Source of the DNA: a virus
Strand: one strand, 5' to 3'
DNA length: 64,000 bases
IMG/VR virus record: IMGVR_UViG_3300037461_001787
Span: 1-64,000 of that record
Shown: in pieces, positions 48,506-58,936 of the stretch
Layout of the letters: each line of letters opens with the position of its first letter
Numbering within the stretch: the first letter of the stretch is position 1
Translations under genes and position numbers: made by a program
Notes under the pieces: model-generated
The model's database searches: none
What the model saw: only the letters and a program-made list of their open reading frames with translations
Told to the model about the DNA's origin: nothing

Positions 48506-49705
48506 ATGGGCGAGGGACCAAGCGCAGTTCTTGTCGATCCGGTATCGGGCACCACGTTGGCTGTTGCGACCGATGGTTCCGACAAAAAGTTGGACATCAC
48601 GACCAAGGTTCGTGATTCGGACGGAGCCGTCATTGACCCGGCAACTGAAGATGGCAATTTGGCGACGCTCGCTGCAGTGGATTTCGCGACGGAGGCAACG
48701 CTTGCCGCGATCAAGGATACCGATGGGGTAAAGAAGATCACTGATCCATTGCCCGCAGGAGACAACAACATTGGGAATGTCGATCTGGCATCTGCCATTC
48801 CGTCTGGGACGAATGAGATCGGAAAAGCTGCGCAGGGTACTCGCGCTGCGGCAGCGGCCGGGTGGCCGGTTTACGTGGTTGATGACGTGGGTAACAAAGT
48901 TGGTGTTGTGCTAGATGGTGCGATCTACCGATTGCAGACCGATACCAAGCTTGTCACCGGGACTGCGGAAATTGGAAAAGTGGCCCAAGGGACGCGGGCC
49001 GCTGCGGCCGCAGGGTGGCCGGTTTATGCTGTGGATGCCAGTGGAAATGCGGTTGGGGTCATACTCGACGGCGCGGTTTATCGTTTTGCGACCGACGCGA
49101 AGATCAGCAAGGGCGATTCGACTTTGGTGCATCTGGACGCGATCGATACGGCCTCTGGAAGAGGGCGGCTAAAAACAACGCTGTACACGCAAGATGGGAT
49201 TCCAGTTTCGTTTGGATCCACTCCCCCCAATCCTGAATCGATCAAGAATGCCTTCATCAAAAATGGGACGAATGATTCACTGCTGGTCAATGGCAGTGTC
49301 ACGCCCGTTGTTTTCTCATACAATGCGGATGCGACCCGTGACATTTCGATCCAAGAGTTGAAGTTCGTCATGGGGGCAAATGGAATTACGTTTGGCACTG
49401 ATAAATTCGGGGTTATTAATGCATTGACCAATGGGTTGCTTATCGAGTTGGTCTCAGACGGCAACACAGGAACGGTGGCGGTACTCAACATCAATGAATG
49501 CTTTGTGCATCTAGCGTCCCCTGGTGGATTTATTTGGGTGGTGTCGTCCAAGGATATGATGGCATCTGCGTACACCATCGGGGGTAGTCTGCGACTCAAA
49601 GCAGGCACCAATGACATGGTAAAAGTGACGGTGCGTGACAATCTATCTTCCGCAGCAACGTATTTCAAATGCTGCGTGAAGGGTAACCTTCTGGAAAGCA
49701 CATGA
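48506..49705 (+). CDS. virion protein with an internal 51-aa tandem repeat
   Basis: EIGK.AQGTRAAAAAGWPVY...GV.LDGA.YR occurs twice, 153 nt apart (about 48815 and 48968). Confidence 0.72.
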   Translation: MGEGPSAVLVDPVSGTTLAVATDGSDKKLDITTKVRDSDGAVIDPATEDGNLATLAAVDFATEATLAAIKDTDGVKKITDPLPAGDNNIGNVDLASAIPSGTNEIGKAAQGTRAAAAAGWPVYVVDDVGNKVGVVLDGAIYRLQTDTKLVTGTAEIGKVAQGTRAAAAAGWPVYAVDASGNAVGVILDGAVYRFATDAKISKGDSTLVHLDAIDTASGRGRLKTTLYTQDGIPVSFGSTPPNPESIKNAFIKNGTNDSLLVNGSVTPVVFSYNADATRDISIQELKFVMGANGITFGTDKFGVINALTNGLLIELVSDGNTGTVAVLNINECFVHLASPGGFIWVVSSKDMMASAYTIGGSLRLKAGTNDMVKVTVRDNLSSAATYFKCCVKGNLLEST

Positions 49706-49712
49706 GGGTGCA

Positions 49713-50558
49713 ATGAGCCCTGTAGCGATTTCAAGTGAGACGCCGATCCCGATCGTTGGCGATGTGCATCAGATGCCGTTAGACGGCCGACGCCACGATT
49801 GTTACACTTCTGACTTTTGCAAGAAGGAAACGTGGTGGCAAGACAGCTCGCGGGTGACGAATGAGACGCTGGCTGATTCCGGCGATCACACCACTTATAC
49901 TCCAGCAACAAGCCGTTACTGGGTAGACGTGATGCACGGCAAGCTTTTCCGTGAACGGGATTTGCGCGAGGATTATGCTCCAGTCATCAAGGTCAATGGA
50001 GACGCCAAAACTGAAAACCCTGCAGGGCGCACCACGGGCGATTATTCGATTGATTACACAACGGGAGCGGTGACTTTCAATGTGGCTCTTCAGGCGAACG
50101 ATGTGGTCACTGCTAGCTATTCTTACGTGCGCACTTCACTGTTCAAGGCCCAGGTCCCCAGTGGTTATACCTGGACTTCGAACACGGTCAAGGTAATGTA
50201 CGCCAAGAACGTTGGAATGCGGGACAGCGTGTTTTTCCAGCTTTGGGGTGATGTTGGGTACGGGATGATGCCGCTTTCTGATCCGGAAATCTACCAGACA
50301 TTGGATGATCTGAAAAAGGACGCCTCGCGCATAGAATGGGAAGACGCTATTGAGAGCGGAGGCGGGGGCAGTTACGATGGCTGGCGAATGCCGGCCCAGC
50401 CGCGGGTTTTTCTGTACTATGATTATACCGCGCGCGCAGCTAATGCCCTCCACAGTTGTTATTCGATGGAGATTCGTTGCTGGTTGGAAAATGACATTCC
50501 CTTTGTGGGCGAAATGGGAGTGGCCTCTTTCTTTGGTCGTAAGGACGAAGAGTCATGA
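49713..50558 (+). CDS. hypothetical virion protein
   Basis: DYSIDYTTGAVTF...VTASYSY motif typical of tail and virion proteins. Confidence 0.7.
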   Translation: MSPVAISSETPIPIVGDVHQMPLDGRRHDCYTSDFCKKETWWQDSSRVTNETLADSGDHTTYTPATSRYWVDVMHGKLFRERDLREDYAPVIKVNGDAKTENPAGRTTGDYSIDYTTGAVTFNVALQANDVVTASYSYVRTSLFKAQVPSGYTWTSNTVKVMYAKNVGMRDSVFFQLWGDVGYGMMPLSDPEIYQTLDDLKKDASRIEWEDAIESGGGGSYDGWRMPAQPRVFLYYDYTARAANALHSCYSMEIRCWLENDIPFVGEMGVASFFGRKDEES

Positions 50559-50767
50559 GCGAAAACAAGCGTGAAAAGATGCGGGCCATCAAGCAGGAAA
50601 TGGATCATTTGATCAAAAATAGTCCAGTTGCTGTGACTGCGGTGCTTTCTACGGCTGCTATGCGTGAATGCTTGCGCTTGAATTGGGCGCAGCAGGATGG
50701 GGCTGCCAATTTTGTGCCAACGGAATTGGGCAAGGCAATGATGGGGCGAAAGGAAGATGGATCGTGA
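50555..50767 (+). CDS. hypothetical protein
   Basis: ATGA overlap. Confidence 0.5.
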   Translation: MSENKREKMRAIKQEMDHLIKNSPVAVTAVLSTAAMRECLRLNWAQQDGAANFVPTELGKAMMGRKEDGS

Positions 50768-51267
50768 GCAAGGTCTGGATCGTATTTGAGCGCGATAGAG
50801 GATTTTCTGCTTGGCTGATTCGAGCGGTCATGGGGTTCGAGTATAACCATTGCGCCATCCTCTATGAGTCAGATGATTGGGAGAGTCTATGGGTCGCAGA
50901 AGCCACCACGCGCGGGGTGCGCGCGGTGCCGCAAAAGAAGCGGATTTGGCGCCAACGATTCCGAGTTGAAGACCCGAAAATCTGGGAAGCAATGCGGGCT
51001 GAGGCTATTCATTTTGGCGAAAAATACGATTACGTGGGATTGGTCGTGTTTGGGTTGCTCATTCTTTTCTGGAAAATGTGCAAGAAGAAATTACGCCATC
51101 CATTGCGATCTTTTTCTGGCCTGTTTTGCTCGGAATACTTGGCCATGGTCTTGAAGCAGTTGGGATGCGCTGTTGAGGATCCGCAGTATGCGGATGTTCG
51201 CGCCATCTGGAATTTGTGCGTTCAGAATCCGACACAATTTGTCGAAGAGCCGATAACGATCACCTGA
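50764..51267 (+). CDS. permuted papain-like (YiiX/NlpC-P60) enzyme
   Basis: YNHCAI, EA...GV, GEKYD and FCSE, with His preceding Cys. Confidence 0.8.
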   Translation: MSKVWIVFERDRGFSAWLIRAVMGFEYNHCAILYESDDWESLWVAEATTRGVRAVPQKKRIWRQRFRVEDPKIWEAMRAEAIHFGEKYDYVGLVVFGLLILFWKMCKKKLRHPLRSFSGLFCSEYLAMVLKQLGCAVEDPQYADVRAIWNLCVQNPTQFVEEPITIT

Positions 51268-51280
51268 ATAGGAGGTAGCT

Positions 51281-51685
51281 TTGCGGGTACTCATCGCCGA
51301 CCATGACGTTGAGGCCAAGCAGCGTTACCGCGCATATTTGGAGCAGCATCATTTCGAAATTCTGGAAGCTGGAACGGTCGAAGGCGCCTTGGAGCATCTG
51401 GTCAATTTTCAGGTGGATTTGTTGCTGGTGGATTTGGGACTGGCGCGAGAAAATCAATGGCAGTTGATCGATTATATTCGCAAGGATCTACATCATGGGC
51501 CGATCGATTTGCCGATCATTATTCTGAGCAAGATAGAAGGTGTGGATTTGCAGCTCGACTACATGCGCCATGGGGTCAATGACTGGCTAGGCGAACCGAT
51601 CCAGCCCCTGGCTCGCCTGCTCGCGCGCATCTGGATTCTACTGGGGGAGAAAGGGAAAGCCGATGCAGCAATCGATCAGCCTTGA
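51281..51685 (+). CDS. single-domain response regulator receiver (degenerate)
   Basis: MRVLIADHD, DLLLVDLGL, PIIILS, G.NDWL.EP; GGAGG RBS with TTG start. Confidence 0.8.
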   Translation: MRVLIADHDVEAKQRYRAYLEQHHFEILEAGTVEGALEHLVNFQVDLLLVDLGLARENQWQLIDYIRKDLHHGPIDLPIIILSKIEGVDLQLDYMRHGVNDWLGEPIQPLARLLARIWILLGEKGKADAAIDQP

Positions 51686-52127
51686 GGTGGTGTTGGCGAT
51701 TGCGGGCGGCGTAGTTACGCTGATTTCTTCTATCGTGGGATTTTTGATGCGCTCGCTCCTCCAGACCCATCGAGAAAAAACCGAGCAGAAGTACATGGAG
51801 CTTGGCAACGTGATTTCTGGCCTCATCATTCAGCGCAAAGAATGTGAAGAACGTGAATTGCGGGCGGTTTCGCGACTGGATGAGACCATGGAGAAATTGC
51901 GGGATCGATGGGAGCAATTTGTGCGCGAAGATACAGCCATGGAATCAACGCGGGGGCGTAAAGTGGATGCGCTTTTCAACGTTGTCGATCACATTCGCGA
52001 AGAGATGCGTCAGTTGCGACCGGCATTGCTGCAGCGCTTGGAAGATCTGCACACCCGCAGCAAACTGGATCTGCGCCAGGAGCTACGCGACTATGTGCGA
52101 GAATTGTGCGAAAAAAACGATGCTTGA
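51663..52127 (+). CDS. N-terminal TM plus coiled-coil protein (possibly holin-related)
   Basis: Hydrophobic VVLAIAGGVVTLISSIVGFLM followed by a charged helix. Confidence 0.6.
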   Translation: MQQSISLEVVLAIAGGVVTLISSIVGFLMRSLLQTHREKTEQKYMELGNVISGLIIQRKECEERELRAVSRLDETMEKLRDRWEQFVREDTAMESTRGRKVDALFNVVDHIREEMRQLRPALLQRLEDLHTRSKLDLRQELRDYVRELCEKNDA

Positions 52128-52304
52128 CGCGGAGATCGAGACATCGCGGTATAGTCCGCTGCGATTTCATGCCGAGACCTTTCGGCACATGGATGATTTG
52201 CATGGGCAGTTAGAAGATCTGCTAGGAGAGTTACAACGGCTACGCAGCAATGACGAAGGATTGGATCTAATTTGGTACGCTAAAACCATAGTGGACAATT
52301 CGAA

Positions 52305-52550
52305 ATGGCACTAGTGATCACTCGCCGCACGGTTTACTGCCCACTCACCCCAGCCCCAGATGGGGTCACTCAGATTTTCTGGACAAGCGTGGAGTATATT
52401 TCTGGAACGGTATCGGTCTGGCGAAATGGGGTGCGTTTGGTAGCCAGCTGGGATACCGGATATGAGGAGCTGGGAAATCGCCAAGTGCGTTTCCGCGAGG
52501 CGCCTTTGATTGGGGATAGCTTGACTGCGAAGTTCGAGAGGAAACCATGA
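52305..52550 (+). CDS. small virion protein
   Basis: DGV...F, V.RNG, F.EAP..GDSL motif, paralogous to the next ORF. Confidence 0.65.
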   Translation: MALVITRRTVYCPLTPAPDGVTQIFWTSVEYISGTVSVWRNGVRLVASWDTGYEELGNRQVRFREAPLIGDSLTAKFERKP

Positions 52551-52987
52551 TCACGCTCAAGGAGACTGCCGGCGATACGCTGCTTGGGGCAGTCGATGGG
52601 GTCAACACGGAGTTTTACGTTTCTTTCGATTTTACTCCAGAAACGGTGCAGGTGTTCCTGAACGGGCGGCTGAAGATTCGCGATTGGGACGATGGATTTT
52701 TGGTGCAGGGTGCGCGCAAGGTGGTGATGAAGGAGCCCCCTCTCGCGGGAGATTCTCTGGAAATCGAGTACGCATCTACTGTGCGCACTGGAGGCGGCGC
52801 CGATGGGGGTTGCCCGAGCGCCCCGGAGGCCACTATCATGCAACCAGACACCCTCACGGGCGAGGACACCCCGGGGATGGGCAGTGCGGAATTAGGTTCC
52901 ATTTTGGCTGCCCAGTCCGAATCAGTGCCGGTGTTGGTGAATCTGTCGGAGCGACCGAGCTTGTTTGTCTCGGCGGTGGAGGATTAG
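52547..52987 (+). CDS. small virion protein
   Basis: DGVNTEF, VFLNG, PP.AGDSL..EY motif. Confidence 0.65.
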   Translation: MITLKETAGDTLLGAVDGVNTEFYVSFDFTPETVQVFLNGRLKIRDWDDGFLVQGARKVVMKEPPLAGDSLEIEYASTVRTGGGADGGCPSAPEATIMQPDTLTGEDTPGMGSAELGSILAAQSESVPVLVNLSERPSLFVSAVED

Positions 52988-54016
52988 ATGGCGGTCATCA
53001 CGCTAAAGATAGTCGTCGCAAATCTGGAAACAGTGCAGCGGACGTTCAACCAGATCAAAATCTATCGCTCCATCACTGGCATCGAGGGGGTTTACTCTGA
53101 GATCACGGGTCCCAGTTCGCGCATCGCGCTGGAGACGGGGAAGATGGTCTACGAGTATACCGATCAAGCTGGGGCTGCGGGCTATTACTACAAGTCGAGT
53201 TATTTTCATTCGGTCTCACTGCTGGAATCTTCGCTGTCTGCGGCGCAGCAGGGCGAAGGGGATTTCGCGCTGGACATCGTATCGGTCGCGGAGCTGAAAA
53301 CCAACTACCTCTATGGGCTCGATCTGACCGATGACCAGGGCAATGAAATGCCTGATTTGCTCTTCGAATGGTTCATAAAAAGCGCAGTGAGTTGGATGGA
53401 GCATAGGCTGCAAATTCCACTTCGCCCCAAACCAGTGACATCCGAATTACACGATTACTATGTGGAAGATTTTCGGCAGTATATTTGGATCAAAACTAAG
53501 GATTACCCAATCCTCGATGTCGATGAATTGCGCATCGTCATTCCTGGGGTTGGAGGGACTGTTTTGCAACAATTTGGGCGAGAAAATTTGCATGTCGAAA
53601 AAGAGGCGGGGCACGTTCAAGTGGTCCCAGGAACTACGGGAGCTGGGATGGTAATGATGGGCTCGGGAGTGCCTTGGGTACCCAATATGTTCGGGTCCCG
53701 CCGTTTTATTCCCGGAGCTTTTCAGATCGATTACACTGCAGGTTTTGAGAGTGGCGAGATCCCAATGGTTCTAAGAGATGCCATCGCCAAACAAGCTAGT
53801 TTTGGGCCATTAAATCCGCTGGGAGATTTGCTTGGCGGCGCAGGTATTGCGTCGCAGAATCTTTCGATTGATGGGCTTTCTCAAGGGTATACTACAACTT
53901 CATCTGCGACCATGGCTGGCTATGGCGCACGGCTTTTCCAGTATGAGAAAGAATTGAAGGCTGTCATTCCTACGTTGGAGAAATGGTACAAGGGATTGCG
54001 CATGGTGGTGGCATGA
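52988..54016 (+). CDS. head-tail connector/adaptor protein
   Basis: YTAGF...P..L..AI, GIAS..LSIDG.SQ..TT.SA...GYGAR motifs as in SPO1/K-like neck proteins. Confidence 0.75.
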   Translation: MAVITLKIVVANLETVQRTFNQIKIYRSITGIEGVYSEITGPSSRIALETGKMVYEYTDQAGAAGYYYKSSYFHSVSLLESSLSAAQQGEGDFALDIVSVAELKTNYLYGLDLTDDQGNEMPDLLFEWFIKSAVSWMEHRLQIPLRPKPVTSELHDYYVEDFRQYIWIKTKDYPILDVDELRIVIPGVGGTVLQQFGRENLHVEKEAGHVQVVPGTTGAGMVMMGSGVPWVPNMFGSRRFIPGAFQIDYTAGFESGEIPMVLRDAIAKQASFGPLNPLGDLLGGAGIASQNLSIDGLSQGYTTTSSATMAGYGARLFQYEKELKAVIPTLEKWYKGLRMVVA

Positions 54017-54837
54017 CCATCCGGCCGACCAGACCAGTCTTTCCAGTTTCTGGAATTCCGTCGGGAATGAAAGAGACGATGAGCCGGGCGGATTTTTTGA
54101 CCGACTCTTTCGCTTTTTTGGTCGAGACCAAAGGGTATTTGCTGTCCTGGGAGCGGGCGAGTATTTGCCCCTGTCGGCCGGTGGTTCCTACCACGGAACA
54201 GCCGGATCCCAATTGCGCACTTTGTAAAGGAGCGGGCTGGCTTTATTTCGGGCTGGAGACGCCTATCACCGATTTTTCTGACATTGGTGATCTGGACGAA
54301 GTGCAGCAGAAGATCGTGCAGCAGAATAACGCCATGGTCATCCGCGGGGTGATTACCAGCATCCAAAACGACTACAATCCTTGGGATCGTTTTGGCAACT
54401 GGATGTCTGGATCGATGATGCTGACCGTGCGGCATGAAAACAAGATCGGCTATTACGATCGATTGACCATTCTGGATAGTTCGATTGTCTACGTAGAAGT
54501 TCGCGACGCTACCGGCGACAACACTCTCCCGCTACGCTATTTGGCGACGGGGGTGAACTACCTGCGTAGTTTTGATCGGGTGTACAAAGCGGATGTGGAT
54601 TTTGACATCGTGGAAGGGCACATCCGATTTTACGAGGGCAAGGCGCCATCGAGTGGAGAGCGGTTGTCGATCCATTATATTTGCCATCCGACGGTATTGG
54701 TGGTGGAGCACCCGCATGTGATTCGCCAGACCACAATCCAGAAAAAAGTTCAGAAACCGAAAACTGTGCGAGGGGACCCAGCGGGGATGCCGATTCAAGC
54801 CATGGTGCGCTATGATTTCATCCCGGAGCCGTCATGA
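54013..54837 (+). CDS. neck/head-completion protein
   Basis: WE.A..CPC...P.P.C.LC.G.G motif as in SPO1/K-like neck proteins. Confidence 0.72.
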   Translation: MTIRPTRPVFPVSGIPSGMKETMSRADFLTDSFAFLVETKGYLLSWERASICPCRPVVPTTEQPDPNCALCKGAGWLYFGLETPITDFSDIGDLDEVQQKIVQQNNAMVIRGVITSIQNDYNPWDRFGNWMSGSMMLTVRHENKIGYYDRLTILDSSIVYVEVRDATGDNTLPLRYLATGVNYLRSFDRVYKADVDFDIVEGHIRFYEGKAPSSGERLSIHYICHPTVLVVEHPHVIRQTTIQKKVQKPKTVRGDPAGMPIQAMVRYDFIPEPS

Positions 54838-55673
54838 GCGTAAAGGTGCAAATGGTACAAGCGCTCATCCCGCCGGAATTGGTTGCGGGGTTGAGCAAAG
54901 GCGCGATCAACACGGTGCTGGGCGATATTGCGGCTGGGGCGCGAGCGGAGTGGGTGCGCCTCGGCTCTGAAATCAATTCGAGCTTTCGCAACGACTATAT
55001 CCGCGGCATCCAACCGGTGCAGATGATGGAGGGCGTAGCAGTAGTGGCGCTGGTCGGAGCCGTTCCGCATATGCTGGAAGACGGGGCCCCAAAGACTGAT
55101 TTGCGCGATACGTTGCTTGGCCCAAATGTTCCGATCGTGCCAGTTGGCGAGCGCGGCAAACATCAGAGCAAGCCAAAGGGCAAAAACGAAGAGGGCGGCC
55201 CTTACTTTTATCGGGCTATTCCGTTGCGGCATTCCACCCCAGGCACGACCAAGCAAATCGGCCAGCCAATGGGCTCTCCCTACGCCGGGCATGACGCGGT
55301 TGTGAATTCGAAAAAACTCGGCAAAACTGTCTATGCAGCGGCGAAGAAGCTCGCGCCTACTACGGGAATGCCGTATGGGGGCACAAGCTGGGGGGAAAAG
55401 CTCAATACGAGCGATTTTGGGATTCCGCTTCTGAAGCCCCACCACAAGAGCGATATCTACTCCGGCATGTACCGGATGCAGAAAACCTATGAAGCGGCTA
55501 CTCAAAATTACTACATGACTTTCCGCACCATTTCGACCCGCCCGCATCATCGGGATAGTTGGATTCGCAAGCCCTTCCCCGCGCGGCATTTGGCCAAACA
55601 AGTGGCGGCTTACGTCCAGAAAATCGCGCCAGCGGCTTTCCAGGCATACTATCAGGAGCAAGGCATCAAATGA
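54834..55673 (+). CDS. neck/tail-completion protein
   Basis: IP.RH, Y.TFRT.S...SW motifs; gene position. Confidence 0.65.
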   Translation: MSVKVQMVQALIPPELVAGLSKGAINTVLGDIAAGARAEWVRLGSEINSSFRNDYIRGIQPVQMMEGVAVVALVGAVPHMLEDGAPKTDLRDTLLGPNVPIVPVGERGKHQSKPKGKNEEGGPYFYRAIPLRHSTPGTTKQIGQPMGSPYAGHDAVVNSKKLGKTVYAAAKKLAPTTGMPYGGTSWGEKLNTSDFGIPLLKPHHKSDIYSGMYRMQKTYEAATQNYYMTFRTISTRPHHRDSWIRKPFPARHLAKQVAAYVQKIAPAAFQAYYQEQGIK

Positions 55674-56362
55674 TCCAGCGTTATCTATACGATTTGCTCA
55701 AAGAAGGTTTTGACAAGATTACTCAAGATCCGCTTTTGATCGAAGACATCTTTCTGGACAATTTTGGATTGGCGGAATCTGAGGTCAGGGCGATCAAGAC
55801 CTTTTACGCTGCGCACCCGGTGTACATTGTCAACGGCTACGCCCGTCAGGACAATAGGTATCCTGTGATCGCCATCACCTTGGGGTCCGAAGGAGAAGCG
55901 GAGACTGTTTTGGGCGACGACGCTGGAATGATCGATGATCCAGACGATCATTTGTACCAATGCGATGTCACCTCGGCACTTTGGAAACATACCTACTTTC
56001 TAACGGTGATCTCTGAGCATCCAGACGTGACAGCCTACTACTACGAGATGGCCAAACCCATCTTGCTGGCTGGTCTGGAATGGTTGACCACCAAAGGGCT
56101 TTCAGACTTCAGCCTGTCAGGGGAAGAATTGTTGTTAGAACCAACGTACATGCCGGAGCATTTGTTCCTGCGGCGGCTCATCTTTACGGCTCAGCGCGAG
56201 TTGTGGCAACCGGATCGGAAATCGCGGTTGCTCAAGGCGTTCAAGGTGGGGGGCATTGCGGTTGACAAATCCGGGAGCCCGAGTGATGTTGGTGGGGTCA
56301 ATACCAACGTAATTCCCTATCTTGACGACGGAGATGAGTCTGATGCCGGAGACCAAAGTTGA
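55670..56362 (+). CDS. tail terminator/completion protein
   Basis: Position before the sheath; YP.I.I.L..E.E...LG pattern. Confidence 0.6.
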   Translation: MIQRYLYDLLKEGFDKITQDPLLIEDIFLDNFGLAESEVRAIKTFYAAHPVYIVNGYARQDNRYPVIAITLGSEGEAETVLGDDAGMIDDPDDHLYQCDVTSALWKHTYFLTVISEHPDVTAYYYEMAKPILLAGLEWLTTKGLSDFSLSGEELLLEPTYMPEHLFLRRLIFTAQRELWQPDRKSRLLKAFKVGGIAVDKSGSPSDVGGVNTNVIPYLDDGDESDAGDQS

Positions 56363-56609
56363 AATTTCAGATCTGAAAGTTCCTGCCGATTCGGTCGGAG
56401 AGTCTGTTGTTGTTCCTACCGCGCCTGAGACTGTTGCGCCGCTACCCCGAGCCGCTGTGAGCTTTGAGGTTTGGGCCCGGTTGTCGGGCAAGCGCTTCGA
56501 CCAATTGGCCGGATTCCGCAACCACGTCAAACGTGGGAAAATTGGCCCGCTGACCGTCTTGGGGTGGCGTGAAGCGTTCCAGAAATTCATGAGCACCCCC
56601 ACCAAATAA
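56343..56609 (+). CDS. small protein upstream of the sheath
   Basis: Typical position; AGF...W...F pattern. Confidence 0.6.
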   Translation: MPETKVEISDLKVPADSVGESVVVPTAPETVAPLPRAAVSFEVWARLSGKRFDQLAGFRNHVKRGKIGPLTVLGWREAFQKFMSTPTK

Positions 56610-56619
56610 GGAGCGCGCG

Positions 56620-58926
56620 ATGGCGACCAGCATTTTCTTCAACGGCAGGTTGATCAGCGTCCCGGGCAGCTACTCCCAGATCGATGCATCGGGATTAGAG
56701 TCGGTGGGCCTGGGCGCTTCTGGCATCATCGGTGTGATTGGCACGGCTGAAGGCGGGAAGCCTGCCTCGGCGATGACCGAGCCAAATGAATTCTTGCGGC
56801 TGACCAAACCGGAGAAAGGAAAGCAGTTGTTCCGCTCAGGTGATCTGCGCGAGGTGGCGGATATGCTGTTCGCACCTTCGAAGGATCCGGATATCCTGGC
56901 CGGCGCGCAAGAAGTGGTAGCCATGAAAGTGAACCCGGCTACCCAATCCGCAGCGACACTGATCAACAGCTACGGCGATTCGATCGCACTTTCATCGATC
57001 GACTACGGGGCTTTCACCGGGCAGATCAATGTGTCCATCGATGACGGCACAACGCAGGGCAAGCTCATTACCATCACGTTCGAGGATGTGGTTGAGGCCG
57101 GGGACGATATCGGCGGTAACGTATTTTGCAAATTGAAATACGTCAAGCCGACCAACGGCTGGGACACGATGACCTCGGAAGTGGAATCGAGCGGGGCCAT
57201 TGTGGCGAAGGCCACTCGCGCTCAGTTGGGGCTCGATGGCGACATCACCAGCCAGCTTTCCAGCGACACGCTGGTGGATATCGTCTCGGCATCTGCTGCC
57301 GACGTGGGGCTCTCGGCCATTGTCTATGGTCTCACTGCAGGTGGTGCGGCCCAGATCGAGACGCTGGTGCTCAATGGCACAACGGCGGTCAACGGTGCGC
57401 TGACCTTCAGCAAGGTGCTTGGCATCCGCATTATCGGCACCACGGTTGGCACGGTGACCCTGACCAAGCATACTGGTGGCGCGACGGTACTGACCGTCGC
57501 TGCCGGAGCAAACGCCACCAAGGGTTTGGGCAAGTTTGCCTCTGGCTACGTCGCCAATCTACCGGTGACCGCGGTTTCCAGTGGCGCCAGCACCAAACGG
57601 TTGCTGCTCATCGGATTGAGCACCTCCGGAGCGGTTCAGGTAGAAAAGCTGACGCTCACCGGCACCACTCCGGTGGTCGGCGCAGCAAACTTCTCCGAGC
57701 TGCAATATCTCGCGATGGGCGAGGTAGAAGCGGCGCAAACCATCACTCTTTCGGCCAATGCCGGACGAACTTCAATAGCGGTGCAATCGACGCTCCAGAA
57801 ATGCGCCGATTACTACAACGCCCGCTACGCCTCCAGCGCGGGATTTGTCTTTACGCTGGTCACGGGAAAGACGAGTTTTTCCCCCCAAAATCTGGACGTG
57901 ACCACAGGGGCTCAGGGGCCTGTGAGCTGTCTCTCCCCGGCAGAGCCCAGCTACTACGCGGACCTCTGGACTTGCATTGATTGGATCAACACGCATTCGC
58001 AATACGTCTCTGCGGCGAAGGCCTCTGGGGCCAAGGGTGGCGCTCCGGCGAACACCACCACTCCCACGTTCTTGGCTGGTGGTGGGGAAGGCACCACTCT
58101 CTTTTCGCATTGGCAAAACGCGCTGAACCTGCTCAAAAAGGTGCGCGTCAATTCCATCGTGGTATTGACCGGAGATCCGGCGGTGCATGCTGCGCTCGAT
58201 GCGCATTGCGCGTATATGTGCGGGATCGGGCGGAATGAACGCGACGGCTTCGTGGGTTTACTCAACGCGGGGCTCACGGACGTGGCAACCAAGACAGAAG
58301 CCAAAAGCCAAGCGGTGGATCTGAACACACGGCACATCCGCGCTTTCCCTCAGTCGATCGAGCGTTACAACACTGCAGGGGAGCGAGAAGATTTTCTTCC
58401 CTATTTTACCGCGGCGATTGCTGCGGGCATGCAAGCGGGCGCGCCTCCAGGCACGTCGCTGACGTTCAAGTACGCCAATGTCCTTGCGCTGCGCCAGGAC
58501 AGTAGCTGGAATCCAGTGGATGACGCTGAGGAGATGATCCAGGGCGGTCTTTGCTTTCTGGAAAACATCGAAGGCGTGGGCCGGCGGTTTGTGCGCAACG
58601 TGACAACCCACCTTTCTTCCGACAATCTTGCTTTCATCGAAGGGTCGGTGAATGCAGCGGTGAACTTCGCTTGCTTCAATTTTCGGACAAATATGGAGAT
58701 GGCGGTTGGCAAGCGCGGGTTTGCTGGCACCATCAATGCGGCCAAGGGAGTCGCGCTGAACGCGTTGGGGCTGTTGGTCGATTCCATCGTGTTGGTGGCT
58801 TGGCGGAGCTTGGGAATCGAATTGGCGGTTGATGTGCTCGATGTGGAAGTGGAGATAGCGCCCATCATCCCGGTCAATTTTGTCAAAAACACGATCCACC
58901 TGGTGACGATCCGCCAGACGACATAA
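56620..58926 (+). CDS. contractile tail sheath protein
   Basis: FNGR....PG.YS.ID, IG.AEGG.P, F.SG.L, LT.K...., PIIP.NF motifs. Confidence 0.92.
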   Translation: MATSIFFNGRLISVPGSYSQIDASGLESVGLGASGIIGVIGTAEGGKPASAMTEPNEFLRLTKPEKGKQLFRSGDLREVADMLFAPSKDPDILAGAQEVVAMKVNPATQSAATLINSYGDSIALSSIDYGAFTGQINVSIDDGTTQGKLITITFEDVVEAGDDIGGNVFCKLKYVKPTNGWDTMTSEVESSGAIVAKATRAQLGLDGDITSQLSSDTLVDIVSASAADVGLSAIVYGLTAGGAAQIETLVLNGTTAVNGALTFSKVLGIRIIGTTVGTVTLTKHTGGATVLTVAAGANATKGLGKFASGYVANLPVTAVSSGASTKRLLLIGLSTSGAVQVEKLTLTGTTPVVGAANFSELQYLAMGEVEAAQTITLSANAGRTSIAVQSTLQKCADYYNARYASSAGFVFTLVTGKTSFSPQNLDVTTGAQGPVSCLSPAEPSYYADLWTCIDWINTHSQYVSAAKASGAKGGAPANTTTPTFLAGGGEGTTLFSHWQNALNLLKKVRVNSIVVLTGDPAVHAALDAHCAYMCGIGRNERDGFVGLLNAGLTDVATKTEAKSQAVDLNTRHIRAFPQSIERYNTAGEREDFLPYFTAAIAAGMQAGAPPGTSLTFKYANVLALRQDSSWNPVDDAEEMIQGGLCFLENIEGVGRRFVRNVTTHLSSDNLAFIEGSVNAAVNFACFNFRTNMEMAVGKRGFAGTINAAKGVALNALGLLVDSIVLVAWRSLGIELAVDVLDVEVEIAPIIPVNFVKNTIHLVTIRQTT

Positions 58927-58936
58927 GGAGTGATTC

